A stretch of 64,000 nucleotides of DNA from Caldisericia bacterium (lineage in GTDB: Bacteria; Caldisericota; Caldisericia; JAAYUI01): assembly GCA_963674785.1 (NCBI GenBank), contig OY771555.1:1504001-1568000 (forward strand), in the 5' to 3' direction. The notes beneath the pieces are model-generated. The model was not told where the DNA came from. It did no database searches and saw nothing but the letters and a program-made list of their open reading frames with translations. Numbering within the stretch: position 1 is the stretch's first letter; every line of letters starts with the position of its first letter. Positions 10,081-19,511 of the stretch are shown here, piece by piece. The position numbers and the translations under genes are program-made.

Positions 10081-10659
10081 ATGAGTAAAAGTATTAAAGG
10101 AACACAAACTGAGAAGAATATTTTAAAGGCATTTGCTGGTGAATCACAGGCAAGAAACCGATACACTTATTTTGCCTCAAAAGCAAAAAAAGAAGGGTAT
10201 GTTCAAATATCACACTTCTTTGAGGAAACAGCTGACCAAGAGAAAGAACATGCAAAGAGACTTTTCAAGCTTCTTGAAGGTGGAATGGTAACTATATCAG
10301 ATGAGTATCCTGCAGGAATGATTGGGACAACCGTTGAAAACCTTAAAGCTGCTGCAGATGGTGAAAATCATGAACATTCCTCCATGTATCCAGAATTTGC
10401 AAAAATCGCTGACGATGAAGGACTTTGTGAAATTGCAGCAATTTTTAGATCGATTGCTGTTGCTGAAAAGCAGCATGAAAAGAGATTCAGGGATGTCCTT
10501 GAAAATATCGAAAAAGACAGAGTTTTTAAAAGAGATGAGAAAGTAACATGGAGATGCAGAAATTGCGGATATCTTCATGTTGGAACATGTGCACCGACAA
10601 AATGTCCTGCTTGCGATCATCCACAGGCTCATTTTGAGCTTCTCGGTGAGAATTGGTGA
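10081..10659 (+). CDS. rbr: Rubrerythrin
   Basis: AFAGESQARNRY, EKEHA, EKQHE, C-terminal CRNC...CPAC. Confidence 0.95.
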   Translation: MSKSIKGTQTEKNILKAFAGESQARNRYTYFASKAKKEGYVQISHFFEETADQEKEHAKRLFKLLEGGMVTISDEYPAGMIGTTVENLKAAADGENHEHSSMYPEFAKIADDEGLCEIAAIFRSIAVAEKQHEKRFRDVLENIEKDRVFKRDEKVTWRCRNCGYLHVGTCAPTKCPACDHPQAHFELLGENW

Positions 10660-10693
10660 TAATCAATTCAAAATAATGAAAGGGGTTTAAAAA

Positions 10694-11083
10694 ATGGCAA
10701 AAAGGTTTGAGATATATAAGTGTGAAATGTGTGGTAACGTTGTCGAGGTTTTACATGGTGGGATGGGTCAACTCGTGTGTTGTGGAAAAGCGATGCATCT
10801 TGAGGCAGAAAACACAGTTGATGCTGCCAAAGAAAAGCATGTTCCAGTCGTTTCCAAAACAGATGCTGGGGTGGTTGTAAATGTTGGTAGTGTTGCTCAT
10901 CCGATGACTGAAGAGCATCAAATCGAGTGGATTCAACTTGTTGATAATGATGGGGTTCATTACCCAAGACATTTTTTGAAACCAGGTGACAAACCAGAGG
11001 CTATTTTTGGAGTGAAAAACAAAGATGGTTGGAAGGTCAGATCGTATTGCAACCTTCACGGTCTTTGGACAGTGGAGATATAA
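10694..11083 (+). CDS. dfx: Desulfoferrodoxin (2Fe superoxide reductase)
   Basis: YKCEMCGN...LVCCG; EKHVP, HPM..EH, YCNLHGLW. Confidence 0.95.
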   Translation: MAKRFEIYKCEMCGNVVEVLHGGMGQLVCCGKAMHLEAENTVDAAKEKHVPVVSKTDAGVVVNVGSVAHPMTEEHQIEWIQLVDNDGVHYPRHFLKPGDKPEAIFGVKNKDGWKVRSYCNLHGLWTVEI

Positions 11084-11089
11084 GAAATC

Positions 11090-11623
11090 ATGAACAAAAG
11101 AGTACTTGATGAACTAAACACACAGATCAAGCATGAAATGGAATCTTATTACATCTACCTTTCCATGGCAGCTTGGTTGGAATCAAACAGTTATGATGGA
11201 ATGGCTCATTGGATGAGGATTCAAGCTCATGAAGAGATGGAACATGCAATGAGGTTTTTCAATCACATCATCGAAAGAGGGGAGAAAGTTACCCTTCTTG
11301 ATCTCAAACAGCTCAAAACTGACTGGAGTTCAGTAAAAGAGATTTTTGATGATGCTTATGAACATGAGAAATTCATTACAAGTCGAATCAACACATGTAT
11401 GACTGCCGTAAGAGAAGAGAAGGAATACGCTTCAGAGGGCATACTTAACTGGTTTGTTGAAGAGCAGATTGAGGAAGAGGCGAATACCTCAAAAATTGTT
11501 GACCAGTTGAACATGATCGGAAATGAGGGCAAAGGCATCTACATGCTCGATAAAGAGCTTGGTGCGAGAGTTTGGCCAGCAATTTCGCCAATGAACCCAA
11601 TGGTTGGTCAGGCAGCAGAATAA
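11090..11623 (+). CDS. ftn: Non-heme ferritin
   Basis: HEMESYYIYLSMA, EEMEHA, WFVEEQIEEE ferroxidase motifs. Confidence 0.93.
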   Translation: MNKRVLDELNTQIKHEMESYYIYLSMAAWLESNSYDGMAHWMRIQAHEEMEHAMRFFNHIIERGEKVTLLDLKQLKTDWSSVKEIFDDAYEHEKFITSRINTCMTAVREEKEYASEGILNWFVEEQIEEEANTSKIVDQLNMIGNEGKGIYMLDKELGARVWPAISPMNPMVGQAAE

Positions 11624-11647
11624 GGATAACTGAACAATATTTACAAT

Positions 11648-11683
11648 AAAAGCCTGGGTCAGGTTGACCAGGCTTTTATTTTT
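11648..11683 (+). terminator. Intrinsic terminator after ftn
   Basis: AAAAGCCTGGGTC-AGGTT-GACCAGGCTTTT followed by ATTTTT. Confidence 0.8.
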
Positions 11684-11692
11684 ATATAGAAT
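11664..11692 (+). promoter_or_regulatory. Sigma70-type promoter with its -35 inside the ftn terminator
   Basis: TTGACC (11664)-17 nt-TAGAAT (11687). Confidence 0.55.
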
Positions 11693-11703
11693 TGTTTCTG
11701 GAA

Positions 11704-12045
11704 ATGGGTGTTCTAAAAGAATTTCTCAAAAATCGAGAGGAACTCAACGGTGTTGTTTCGAGATATGCAGGAAACAGCATGAAGAAGTTCTTTGGTTTGG
11801 ATATCGAAACATACAAGCCTGGTGCAATTGACCGCAGAACAAAGGAGATGTTGGGGCTTGTTTCATCTCTCGTCTTGAGATGTGACGATTGTATTTTTTA
11901 CCACCTTGATCAACTCAGACGATTGAAAGTAAGCACTGAAGAAATTGAGGAAGTATTGATGATAGGAATGATTGTTGAAGGGTCAATAACCATTCCACAT
12001 ATTAGACGTGCATTTGCTGCTTGGGAAAGCGAAATGGAGGGATAA
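11704..12045 (+). CDS. Carboxymuconolactone decarboxylase / AhpD-like protein
   Basis: GAIDRRTKEMLGLVSSLVLRCDDCIFYH. Confidence 0.85.
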   Translation: MGVLKEFLKNREELNGVVSRYAGNSMKKFFGLDIETYKPGAIDRRTKEMLGLVSSLVLRCDDCIFYHLDQLRRLKVSTEEIEEVLMIGMIVEGSITIPHIRRAFAAWESEMEG

Positions 12046-12047
12046 TA

Positions 12048-12506
12048 ATGGAAAAAGATGAGCTTTTTGAAACCCTTACTCCAATAATTAGAGAGATCAT
12101 AGATGATAGCAATAGCCTGGTACCCAAAATGCAGAAGATTTGTGAAGTGCTTTCGGAGAAAGTTGAGTACTATGATTGGCTTGGGTTTTATATAATGGAA
12201 GAGGGTATGCTCCATCTTGGTCCATACGTTGGCGAGGAGACTGAGCATAGCGTTATTGAAATCGGGAGGGGAATTTGTGGTCAGGCTGCAAACCTGAAAG
12301 CAACCTTCATCTCCAAAGATGTCTCAAAAGAGGAGAACTATTTATCTTGCAGTTTTAAGGTGAAATCAGAAATTGTGGTTCCGATTATCAATGGTTCAAA
12401 AGTTTTTGGTGTGATTGATGTCGATTCTCACACGATGGATGCATTTTCTGAGGATGACAAGGTTTTTCTTGAGTGGGTTGCAAAAGCAATTTCATCAATA
12501 TTGTAA
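12048..12506 (+). CDS. GAF-domain protein, free methionine-R-sulfoxide reductase-like
   Basis: YDWLGFY, LHLGPYVG, GRGICGQAA, YLSC...SEIVVP...GVIDVDS; GGAGG SD before ATG 12048. Confidence 0.85.
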   Translation: MEKDELFETLTPIIREIIDDSNSLVPKMQKICEVLSEKVEYYDWLGFYIMEEGMLHLGPYVGEETEHSVIEIGRGICGQAANLKATFISKDVSKEENYLSCSFKVKSEIVVPIINGSKVFGVIDVDSHTMDAFSEDDKVFLEWVAKAISSIL

Positions 12507-12524
12507 TATTTAGAAGGAGAAAAT

Positions 12525-13742
12525 ATGTTAGGTCCATACAAAGCAACAAAAGTTACTGATTCAGTTTGGTGGGTTGGTGCAATCGATAGAACAATCAGAG
12601 ATTTCCATGGATACGGAACCCCAAGTGGAACAACTTACAACGCATATCTTGTAATGGGTGAGAAAGTTACCCTCATTGATACAGTAAAAGATCAATTTAA
12701 AGGTGAGCTTTTATCACGAATCAGTTCAGTGATTGATCCTTCAAGAATCGATTACATTGTCAGTAACCATGCTGAAATGGATCATACTGGTTCGTTGCCG
12801 TTCATGATTGATAGGATTCAGCCAGAAAAAGTTTTTGCAACAGCAAAAGGCAAAGAAGCTTTGAACGCTCAGCTTTCCATCCCTCTTGATATTGAAGTTG
12901 TAAAAACTGGCGACAAACTAAGTCTTGGCAACAAAGAACTTTCATTTATCGAAACAAGAATGCTTCATTGGCCGGATTCAATGTTTTCTTATCTTCCAGA
13001 TGAAGGGGTTCTCTTCTCTCAAGATGCTTTTGGAATGCATCTTGCGTCATATGAAAGATTTGATGATCAATTACCAACCGATGTTCTTGAATGGGAAGCA
13101 GCAAAATACTTTGGCAATATCTTGATGCCATTTTCACCACTTGTGTTGAAGCTCCTTGAAAATGTTGGCTCAATGAATCTGGATATTAAGGTTGTCGCTC
13201 CTGATCATGGTCCGATATGGAGAAGTAAAATACCTTGGATTCTTGATCTATATCATCAGTTTGCAAAACAAGACCCAACAAACCGTGCAGTTGTATTGTT
13301 TGATTCAATGTGGGGAAGTACCACAAAAATGGCCAGAGCAATCGGTGAAGGGATATATGCAAATGGTGGGACTCCGAGATTGATCCCAATGAGCACATCA
13401 GATAGATCGGTTGTAGCAACAGAGGTTTTGAAATCTGGTGCCTTGATTGTTGGCTCTCCAACGATGAACAGAGAGATTTTTCCATCACTTGCAGATGTCA
13501 TGGTTTATTTGAAAGGTCTTAAGCCAACAAATCTTATTGGGGCATCTTTTGGTTCGTACGGATGGAGTGGTGAGGGACATAAAAACCTAGACACAATGCT
13601 TAAAGAGATGAAGGTGAATGTTATCTCAGAACCCCTTTCAATTAAGTGGGTTCCATGTAATGAGACTCTAAAAAAATGCTTTGATTTTGGTGCTGAGATT
13701 GCAAAGAGACTTTGTAAGGAGTGCAATATAAATGGAGATTGA
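12525..13742 (+). CDS. fprA: Flavodiiron protein (FprA, O2/NO reductase)
   Basis: [30 protein letters not shown]; flavodoxin domain [18 protein letters not shown]. Confidence 0.93.
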   Translation: MLGPYKATKVTDSVWWVGAIDRTIRDFHGYGTPSGTTYNAYLVMGEKVTLIDTVKDQFKGELLSRISSVIDPSRIDYIVSNHAEMDHTGSLPFMIDRIQPEKVFATAKGKEALNAQLSIPLDIEVVKTGDKLSLGNKELSFIETRMLHWPDSMFSYLPDEGVLFSQDAFGMHLASYERFDDQLPTDVLEWEAAKYFGNILMPFSPLVLKLLENVGSMNLDIKVVAPDHGPIWRSKIPWILDLYHQFAKQDPTNRAVVLFDSMWGSTTKMARAIGEGIYANGGTPRLIPMSTSDRSVVATEVLKSGALIVGSPTMNREIFPSLADVMVYLKGLKPTNLIGASFGSYGWSGEGHKNLDTMLKEMKVNVISEPLSIKWVPCNETLKKCFDFGAEIAKRLCKECNINGD

Positions 13743-14421
13743 TAGAAAGGCTTTTAGAAGCATTAGCTATGGCTTATATATTATAACCACAAGGGCTGGT
13801 GACAAAAAGAATGGTCAACTTGCAAATACTGTTTTCCAAGTGACATCAGACCCACCAAAAATAGTGGTTTGTCTGAATAAGGAAAACTATACTTGCGAGT
13901 TATTAAAGGACTCTAATCATTTTGGTGTGAGTGTTTTGTCAACTGATGCAGACCACAAATTCATTGGACCGTGGGGGTTCAGATCAGGAAGAGACTTTGA
14001 CAAATTTGAGGGAATTGAGTTTAAGGAGGGCGAAACCGTTCCACTTGTGACACAGAATTCACTTTCATGTTTTGAACTAAAGGTTACAGATACTATTGAT
14101 GTTGGAACACATATGATGTTTATTGGAGAGGTAACCTCTGCCGAGGTAGTAGGTAGCGGAGAGGCTCTGACATATGCTATTTATCATTCCCGAAAGGGAA
14201 GAGAACCCAAAACAGCACCCACATATATTCCTGAAGAAAAGGAAGAAAAGAGGAGTAAGAATATGAAATATGTTTGCAATATTTGCGGTTATGTTTATGA
14301 TCCAGCAGTTGGAGATCCTGACAACGATGTTGATCCAGGAACAAAATTTGAAGATGTTTCCGAAGATTGGGTGTGCCCACTTTGCGGTGCCCCGAAAGAT
14401 GATTTTTCACCACAGGAATAA
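13732..14421 (+). CDS. Flavin reductase-rubredoxin fusion (high-molecular-weight rubredoxin-like)
   Basis: [25 protein letters not shown]; C-terminal [12 protein letters not shown]...WVCPLCGA. Confidence 0.9.
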   Translation: MEIDRKAFRSISYGLYIITTRAGDKKNGQLANTVFQVTSDPPKIVVCLNKENYTCELLKDSNHFGVSVLSTDADHKFIGPWGFRSGRDFDKFEGIEFKEGETVPLVTQNSLSCFELKVTDTIDVGTHMMFIGEVTSAEVVGSGEALTYAIYHSRKGREPKTAPTYIPEEKEEKRSKNMKYVCNICGYVYDPAVGDPDNDVDPGTKFEDVSEDWVCPLCGAPKDDFSPQE

Positions 14422-15237
14422 ATCAAGTCTATCAATCTACAGATTTTAAAAACTGAGCTTGAAAAGCTCTATGTCAGGCTGAATCGGAAAGAGTACATTC
14501 AGCCTGACCCTCTTCAATTTTTATTCAGTTATCCAGATATTAAGGATCGTGAGATTGTTGGATTTATTGCGTCTGCTCTTGCTTACGGAAATGTAAAGCA
14601 GATTGTAAAAAGTGTTTCAGTCATTCTCGATAGTATTCCTGGTAGTCCATATGATTTTTTGATTTCAACAGACATCAAAGATTGGACACATATCTTTTCC
14701 GGATTCAAGCACCGATTCGCTCGAGATTCTGATATTGTAAACCTGTTTTCCGCAATAAAATTTACAATTTTGGAATACTCATCTCTTGAAAATCTTCTGC
14801 TTTCAAAAATTGATACTTCCGATGAGAACGTATTGTCAGCTCTTTGTTTTATGGTTTCTGAAATGGAAAAGAATTCGGTTTCAAGGTTTGGTCATTTGGT
14901 TCCATCCCCTGAAAAAGGAAGTGCGTGCAAAAGATTGCTTCTATATCTCAAATGGATGATAAGAAAAGATGATGTTGACCCAGGTGGATGGAATCTTGAC
15001 CCATCAAAACTTGTGGTACCCCTGGATACACATATGTATTATATCACAAGTAAACTTGGCTTCACAAATCGAAAATCAGCTGATTTAAAAACTGCTCTTG
15101 AAGTTACCGATGTTTTCAAAAAGATTTCACCAAACGACCCGACAAAGTATGATTTTGCTTTGACAAGGCTTGGTATAAAAAACGAACTTGATCGAGATGA
15201 ATTTATTAATCATATCGATGGGTTGACTGGCAAGTGA
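14422..15237 (+). CDS. TIGR02757/DUF2400-like protein; true start uncertain (no ATG/GTG/TTG in frame before 14659)
   Basis: Open frame from 14422 encodes LEKLY...YIQPDPLQF...DREIVGFIASALAYGNVKQI; downstream SACKRLLLYLKWMIR..DVDPGGW, PLDTH, DPTKYDFAL. Confidence 0.8.
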   Translation: MKSINLQILKTELEKLYVRLNRKEYIQPDPLQFLFSYPDIKDREIVGFIASALAYGNVKQIVKSVSVILDSIPGSPYDFLISTDIKDWTHIFSGFKHRFARDSDIVNLFSAIKFTILEYSSLENLLLSKIDTSDENVLSALCFMVSEMEKNSVSRFGHLVPSPEKGSACKRLLLYLKWMIRKDDVDPGGWNLDPSKLVVPLDTHMYYITSKLGFTNRKSADLKTALEVTDVFKKISPNDPTKYDFALTRLGIKNELDRDEFINHIDGLTGK

Positions 15238-15308
15238 AAAAGTACTATTAAAGGGTTGTTGTTTTAAAATAATAAATCAAAGCTAATGAGATTTGCAGGT
15301 GGTATTTT

Positions 15309-16700
15309 ATGGAAACATTGGATACATCAATCAAAGATACCTTTTTAACCTGTCTTGAGATAGGGGACACAGATAAAATTAAGGCTGTTGCAGAGGATTA
15401 CTCCCCTGTAGATATTGCAGAACAGATTGAAGAGTTGCCGATTGAAACAATTTGGCAAATCCTTCAGGCGATGGAAATAAAAACAGCTGGTGAGGTAATG
15501 GGTTATTTCCATATCGACCTTGAGGTTCAACTTGCAGAAAACACCCCAAAGGAAACACTTGCCCCTCTAATATCAAGTATGCTCAGTGATGAGGGTGCAG
15601 ATTTGTTATCAGAACTATCTGTTCCTCTTCAAAATAGTTTGATTCCGCTGCTTGCAAAAGCCAAAAGGGAGCAGCTTTTGCATCTGAGTTCTTATGATAC
15701 TGGCACTTGTGGAGCTTTGATGACAGCAGATTATGTTGCTGTCCCCCCAAATATAACAGCAAAAAATGCACTCAAACGAATACAGGTTGAAGCTTCTAAA
15801 AGAGAGTTTATTTATTATGTTTATATTGTTGACGATTCACATCGAATAATTGGTGTCACGTCTATCAAATATCTTGTGCTTGCTCATCCAATGAAGATGA
15901 TAAATGAATTGATGTTTAGGGAAGTTGTTTCTGTAAAAGCTGAAGATGACCAGGAAGAAGCTATTGAGCATATCGAAAACTATGACCTTATGGCGATCCC
16001 CGTTCTTGGTGTTGACGATAAGATGGTTGGAATCATCACTCATGATGATATTTTTGATGCCTTAAGACAGGAGCAGACCGAAGATATAGAAAAAATCATG
16101 GGTATCTCTGGTGAACACGAATCCGAGATGTATCTGAAGAATTCTCCATGGGAACACTTTAGGAAAAGGATTCCGTGGGTAGCATCTCTTTCTGTGTTTC
16201 AGATTTTGACAGGAACGGTGATTAGTTTCTTCCAAGGAACGCTAAATAGCCTTATTATTTTGATTGTCTATATGCCGCAAATGGCTGCAACCGGAGGAAA
16301 CGCTGGTAGTCAATCTTCAACCGTTATAATTAGAGCTCTTTCAACACAGGAATTAACACCAGGTGTTTTTTTCAAAGCAATCATAAAAGAGTTTTGGACA
16401 TCACTTCTGATGGGAGTTTCACTTGCTGGAATTGCTTTTATAAAAGTTTGGATATTGTCAGGTGCTGCCGGATCATCGCTGCCAACAGGTATAACCCTTA
16501 TGGATATTGCATTACTTGTAGCTCTTGCTTTAGGGATTCAAGTTGTAACCGCTATGACTATGGGTGCGATTCTTCCTATTGTTGCTGTAAAGTTCAAACT
16601 TGACCCAGCAGTAGTAGCCAGTCCTGCTCTAACGACGCTTGTCGATGTTTCAGGAATGCTGATATATTTCGGGCTTGCAAAACTGATGATTGGCATATGA
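15309..16700 (+). CDS. mgtE: Magnesium transporter MgtE
   Basis: N-domain, CBS pair, GGNAGSQ, DPAVVASPALTTLVDVSG. Confidence 0.93.
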   Translation: METLDTSIKDTFLTCLEIGDTDKIKAVAEDYSPVDIAEQIEELPIETIWQILQAMEIKTAGEVMGYFHIDLEVQLAENTPKETLAPLISSMLSDEGADLLSELSVPLQNSLIPLLAKAKREQLLHLSSYDTGTCGALMTADYVAVPPNITAKNALKRIQVEASKREFIYYVYIVDDSHRIIGVTSIKYLVLAHPMKMINELMFREVVSVKAEDDQEEAIEHIENYDLMAIPVLGVDDKMVGIITHDDIFDALRQEQTEDIEKIMGISGEHESEMYLKNSPWEHFRKRIPWVASLSVFQILTGTVISFFQGTLNSLIILIVYMPQMAATGGNAGSQSSTVIIRALSTQELTPGVFFKAIIKEFWTSLLMGVSLAGIAFIKVWILSGAAGSSLPTGITLMDIALLVALALGIQVVTAMTMGAILPIVAVKFKLDPAVVASPALTTLVDVSGMLIYFGLAKLMIGI

Positions 16701-16854
16701 TGATTTAACTTTATTTCAAAAAAAAGATAATAACCGCTCTTTTGAAAATTTCCTTGTTTCCAAATTCTTGTCATATATTTAATACAAAAATGCCCATGAA
16801 TTGAGCATTTTTCTTGATTTGATAAAATAATATTATCTGAAATTGCGTTTTCGA

Positions 16855-16882
16855 TTGACAGTTGAGTAAATATGACTACAAT
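16855..16882 (+). promoter_or_regulatory. Sigma70-type promoter of the chemosensory operon
   Basis: TTGACA (16855)-16 nt-TACAAT (16877). Confidence 0.6.
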
Positions 16883-16892
16883 GTAATTGAAT

Positions 16893-17270
16893 ATGAGTGA
16901 GAAGTTTTTTAATCTTTTGAGTTTGGAAATTGAGTCAGAAACTGTTTTTGTTGATACAAGACATGTAGATGAGGTGTGTGAAATTTCATATGTTAAATCC
17001 CTTCCTTTACAAAAAAATAAAATCAAAGGTTTAACATTAATAAATAATAATATCCTCCCAGTAATCTCGTATTCAGATGAACTCAAGATGCCTGTAAAAG
17101 GAATTGTTGTAAAGAAAGTTAGCCCCCTATTTTTTATAGCTGTTGATGGTATTGGAAGCATTGTAGAAAAGGAAATTGGTGAACTAAGGAAGACAGATTG
17201 GGAATTCATATATGAATCATCTGATATAAAAATATTAGACGTTGACGAAGTCGAAAGGCATATTGCTTGA
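16893..17270 (+). CDS. Divergent CheW-like protein
   Basis: VDEV..ISYVKSLP....IKGLTLINNNILPVI...IAVDGIGSIV...ILDVDEV follows the CheW pattern. Confidence 0.65.
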   Translation: MSEKFFNLLSLEIESETVFVDTRHVDEVCEISYVKSLPLQKNKIKGLTLINNNILPVISYSDELKMPVKGIVVKKVSPLFFIAVDGIGSIVEKEIGELRKTDWEFIYESSDIKILDVDEVERHIA

Positions 17271-18259
17271 AAATAATAGCGAAAGATTATGTCAATAGAG
17301 GAGATTTGCTTTCAGGTGTTGTAGACCTTACGAGCAAGAATTCTGAAAGCTTACAGTTGAACATAATCGGTGTTGCTAGTCTTAGGAGTCCGGTTGATCT
17401 GAGAAAAATATCATTCAGGCTTTTGCCTAAGGGAATGTCTTTGGATATCCCAGAGGCTGATGTTGTTGAAATTGAGAAGATTTTTTGGTGGGAGCATGTT
17501 GAGATTCAGATTGATTCCGAAGCCTTAGAGAGTGTTACCAAATGGCTTTCCTATGATTCATTTAGAAAGATTGCCGAGAAATGGGCAATGAAAGAACAGC
17601 TGCTTTTAGAGAATGGTGTAAATTCTGATGATGTGTTGTATACAAAATCTATCTCTAATCACGGTTCTTACTCGATATCTCGAGAGGATTTGGTGATTTT
17701 GCTTGGGATGAATGGGAAGATGACTGTCAGAGAATCTATACTTAGTTTTGAGCTTCCAGAGGACTTGGTGTTGGATAGAATTCTAAAAGCTTTAAAACAC
17801 CATTTGCTCTCTAAAAGCCCCTATATGAAGAAGATAAGCTATCCCGAAACAATCAAGGCCATGGGTATGAGAATTAATATGTTTTACTCGAATCTCAAAA
17901 GCTGGTTTGGAAGTTCTTCGTTTCCACAACATAGCTATTTTGCCAGAGAACTTGAGCTGTTGTCTACGGAATATCCCGATGCTGAATGTCTTGCTGTAAG
18001 CCCTGATGGTATAGATGTTAGTGAAAGCGTAATCTCCTTATCATTTTCGAAAGACCCAGAGTTTGTCTGTTCTGTTGGTTCGAGGATACTGAAACCTTTA
18101 AATATGTTGTTTTGCAATATGGTAATAGGTGCAGCTTACGAACACTCTTTTGATAGCATATTGAAAGTTTTGAATATCACTGACAAAGGCTTGAAAGATG
18201 CATATAGGAAGCTAGGTAATGATGAGTTGCCGCCTTTTTTAAGGAGTACTGATGAATAA
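17267..18259 (+). CDS. Hypothetical protein with PatA/DUF4388-like winged-helix segment
   Basis: REDLVILLGMNGKMTVRESILSFELPEDLVLDRILKALKHHLL resembles the wHTH of PatA-type proteins; overlaps both neighbours. Confidence 0.5.
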   Translation: MKIIAKDYVNRGDLLSGVVDLTSKNSESLQLNIIGVASLRSPVDLRKISFRLLPKGMSLDIPEADVVEIEKIFWWEHVEIQIDSEALESVTKWLSYDSFRKIAEKWAMKEQLLLENGVNSDDVLYTKSISNHGSYSISREDLVILLGMNGKMTVRESILSFELPEDLVLDRILKALKHHLLSKSPYMKKISYPETIKAMGMRINMFYSNLKSWFGSSSFPQHSYFARELELLSTEYPDAECLAVSPDGIDVSESVISLSFSKDPEFVCSVGSRILKPLNMLFCNMVIGAAYEHSFDSILKVLNITDKGLKDAYRKLGNDELPPFLRSTDE

Positions 18260-18656
18260 CGAGGTTGTACCGAAAAAACTCAGAGAAAAACCTTTAGTTC
18301 TTGTTGTCGATGATTCTCCAACTATTAGGCGAGTTATTGATATGGCCTTCTCCGACACTAATTGTGAGGTGGTCTCGGCTAAAGATGGGCTTGAGGCTCT
18401 TAAAAAAACGAAGGAATATGACCCTGATATAATCATTTTGGATGTTATGTTGCCACTCTATAATGGCTATCAGGTGTGTTCATTACTTAAGAAAAATCCA
18501 AAATTTAAGCATATACCGATAATAATGCTTACCGCGAAATCTGGCACGATTGATAGAATTAGGGGAAGGTTTGCTCATGCCGATATGTACCTTGCAAAGC
18601 CTTTTTCTAAAGAAGAGTTGATCGATGCCTATAATAAATTCATTCAGGAGGAATAA
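18252..18656 (+). CDS. Single-domain response regulator (PilG-like)
   Basis: VVDDSPTIRR, ILDVMLP..NGYQVC.LLKKNPKFKHIPIIMLT, DRIRGR, KPF. Confidence 0.85.
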   Translation: MNNEVVPKKLREKPLVLVVDDSPTIRRVIDMAFSDTNCEVVSAKDGLEALKKTKEYDPDIIILDVMLPLYNGYQVCSLLKKNPKFKHIPIIMLTAKSGTIDRIRGRFAHADMYLAKPFSKEELIDAYNKFIQEE

Positions 18657-18658
18657 GG

Positions 18659-19018
18659 ATGGCAAAGATTTTAGTCGTTGATGATGTTCAGGTTGATCTT
18701 GATAGACTCTCTGATATTGCTAGATCACTTGGTCATAATGTTATTACCGCAATGGACGGTGAGGAAGCCCTAAATAAGATTGTCTCGGAAAGGCCTGATT
18801 TGGTGTTGTTGGATGTTGTAATGCCTAAGAAAAATGGATTTCAAGTCTGCAGAGAGATGCGTGGTATGCCAGATGTTGGCGATACCAAAGTTATCATGAT
18901 AACAAGCAAGGCCTCAGAATCAGATAAATTCTATGGTTTAAAGCAGGGTGCAAATGAGTATCTTGGTAAACCTTTTGATGATGAGAAGCTTGCAAAACTA
19001 ATTAAGAAATTCGTGTAA
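18659..19018 (+). CDS. Single-domain response regulator (PilH-like)
   Basis: MAKILVVDD, LLDVVMPKKNGFQVCR, ITSKASESDKFYGLKQGANEY. Confidence 0.87.
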   Translation: MAKILVVDDVQVDLDRLSDIARSLGHNVITAMDGEEALNKIVSERPDLVLLDVVMPKKNGFQVCREMRGMPDVGDTKVIMITSKASESDKFYGLKQGANEYLGKPFDDEKLAKLIKKFV

Positions 19019-19450
19019 ATGGCTGAAAGATACCTCTCTTTTATAATCTCTGGTCAAGAGTGTGCTCTTGATTCAGATAGAATTATAGAAGTTTTAGATG
19101 ATATCCTTATTACGAAGATTCCACTTGCACCAGAATATGTTATTGGTGTTGCAAATTTCAGAGGCGATCTTGTGGCGATTGTCGACCTCTCTCTTTTTTT
19201 GGGGCAGGGTCAATCCAATTTACCTGAAAAAGCATATCTGATTTGCTCATCAAAGTTGGGTCCAGTCGCTTTAAAGATCGACTCAATAAGGGATATCATT
19301 ATGCCAGAGAAGATTACATTAGCAGAAGAGATTGACGCTGAAATAAACCTTCCACACTTTTTAGGTGTTGTTTCCGGTGAGAAGGGGTTAATAAGGATTT
19401 TGGATATTGATTCGATCCTTTCAGAAATCAATATGAAAAAAGGTGATTAG
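19019..19450 (+). CDS. cheW: CheW (PilI-like)
   Basis: ITKIPLAPEYVIGVANFRGDLVAIVDL. Confidence 0.9.
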   Translation: MAERYLSFIISGQECALDSDRIIEVLDDILITKIPLAPEYVIGVANFRGDLVAIVDLSLFLGQGQSNLPEKAYLICSSKLGPVALKIDSIRDIIMPEKITLAEEIDAEINLPHFLGVVSGEKGLIRILDIDSILSEINMKKGD

Positions 19451-19511
19451 AATTGGATTACTTATATAGCTAACCTTTGGGTTTGCTATTTGAATATAAG
19501 GAGGAGTTGCC

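Noticed and set aside
14399-14449. Short ATG ORF that might frameshift into the TIGR02757-like frame
   Set aside because: The TTTAAAA run is not phased as a slippery site for the required shift
16538-17209. 223-aa minus-strand ORF
   Set aside because: Antisense to mgtE and the cheW-like gene and crosses a promoter; no recognisable motif
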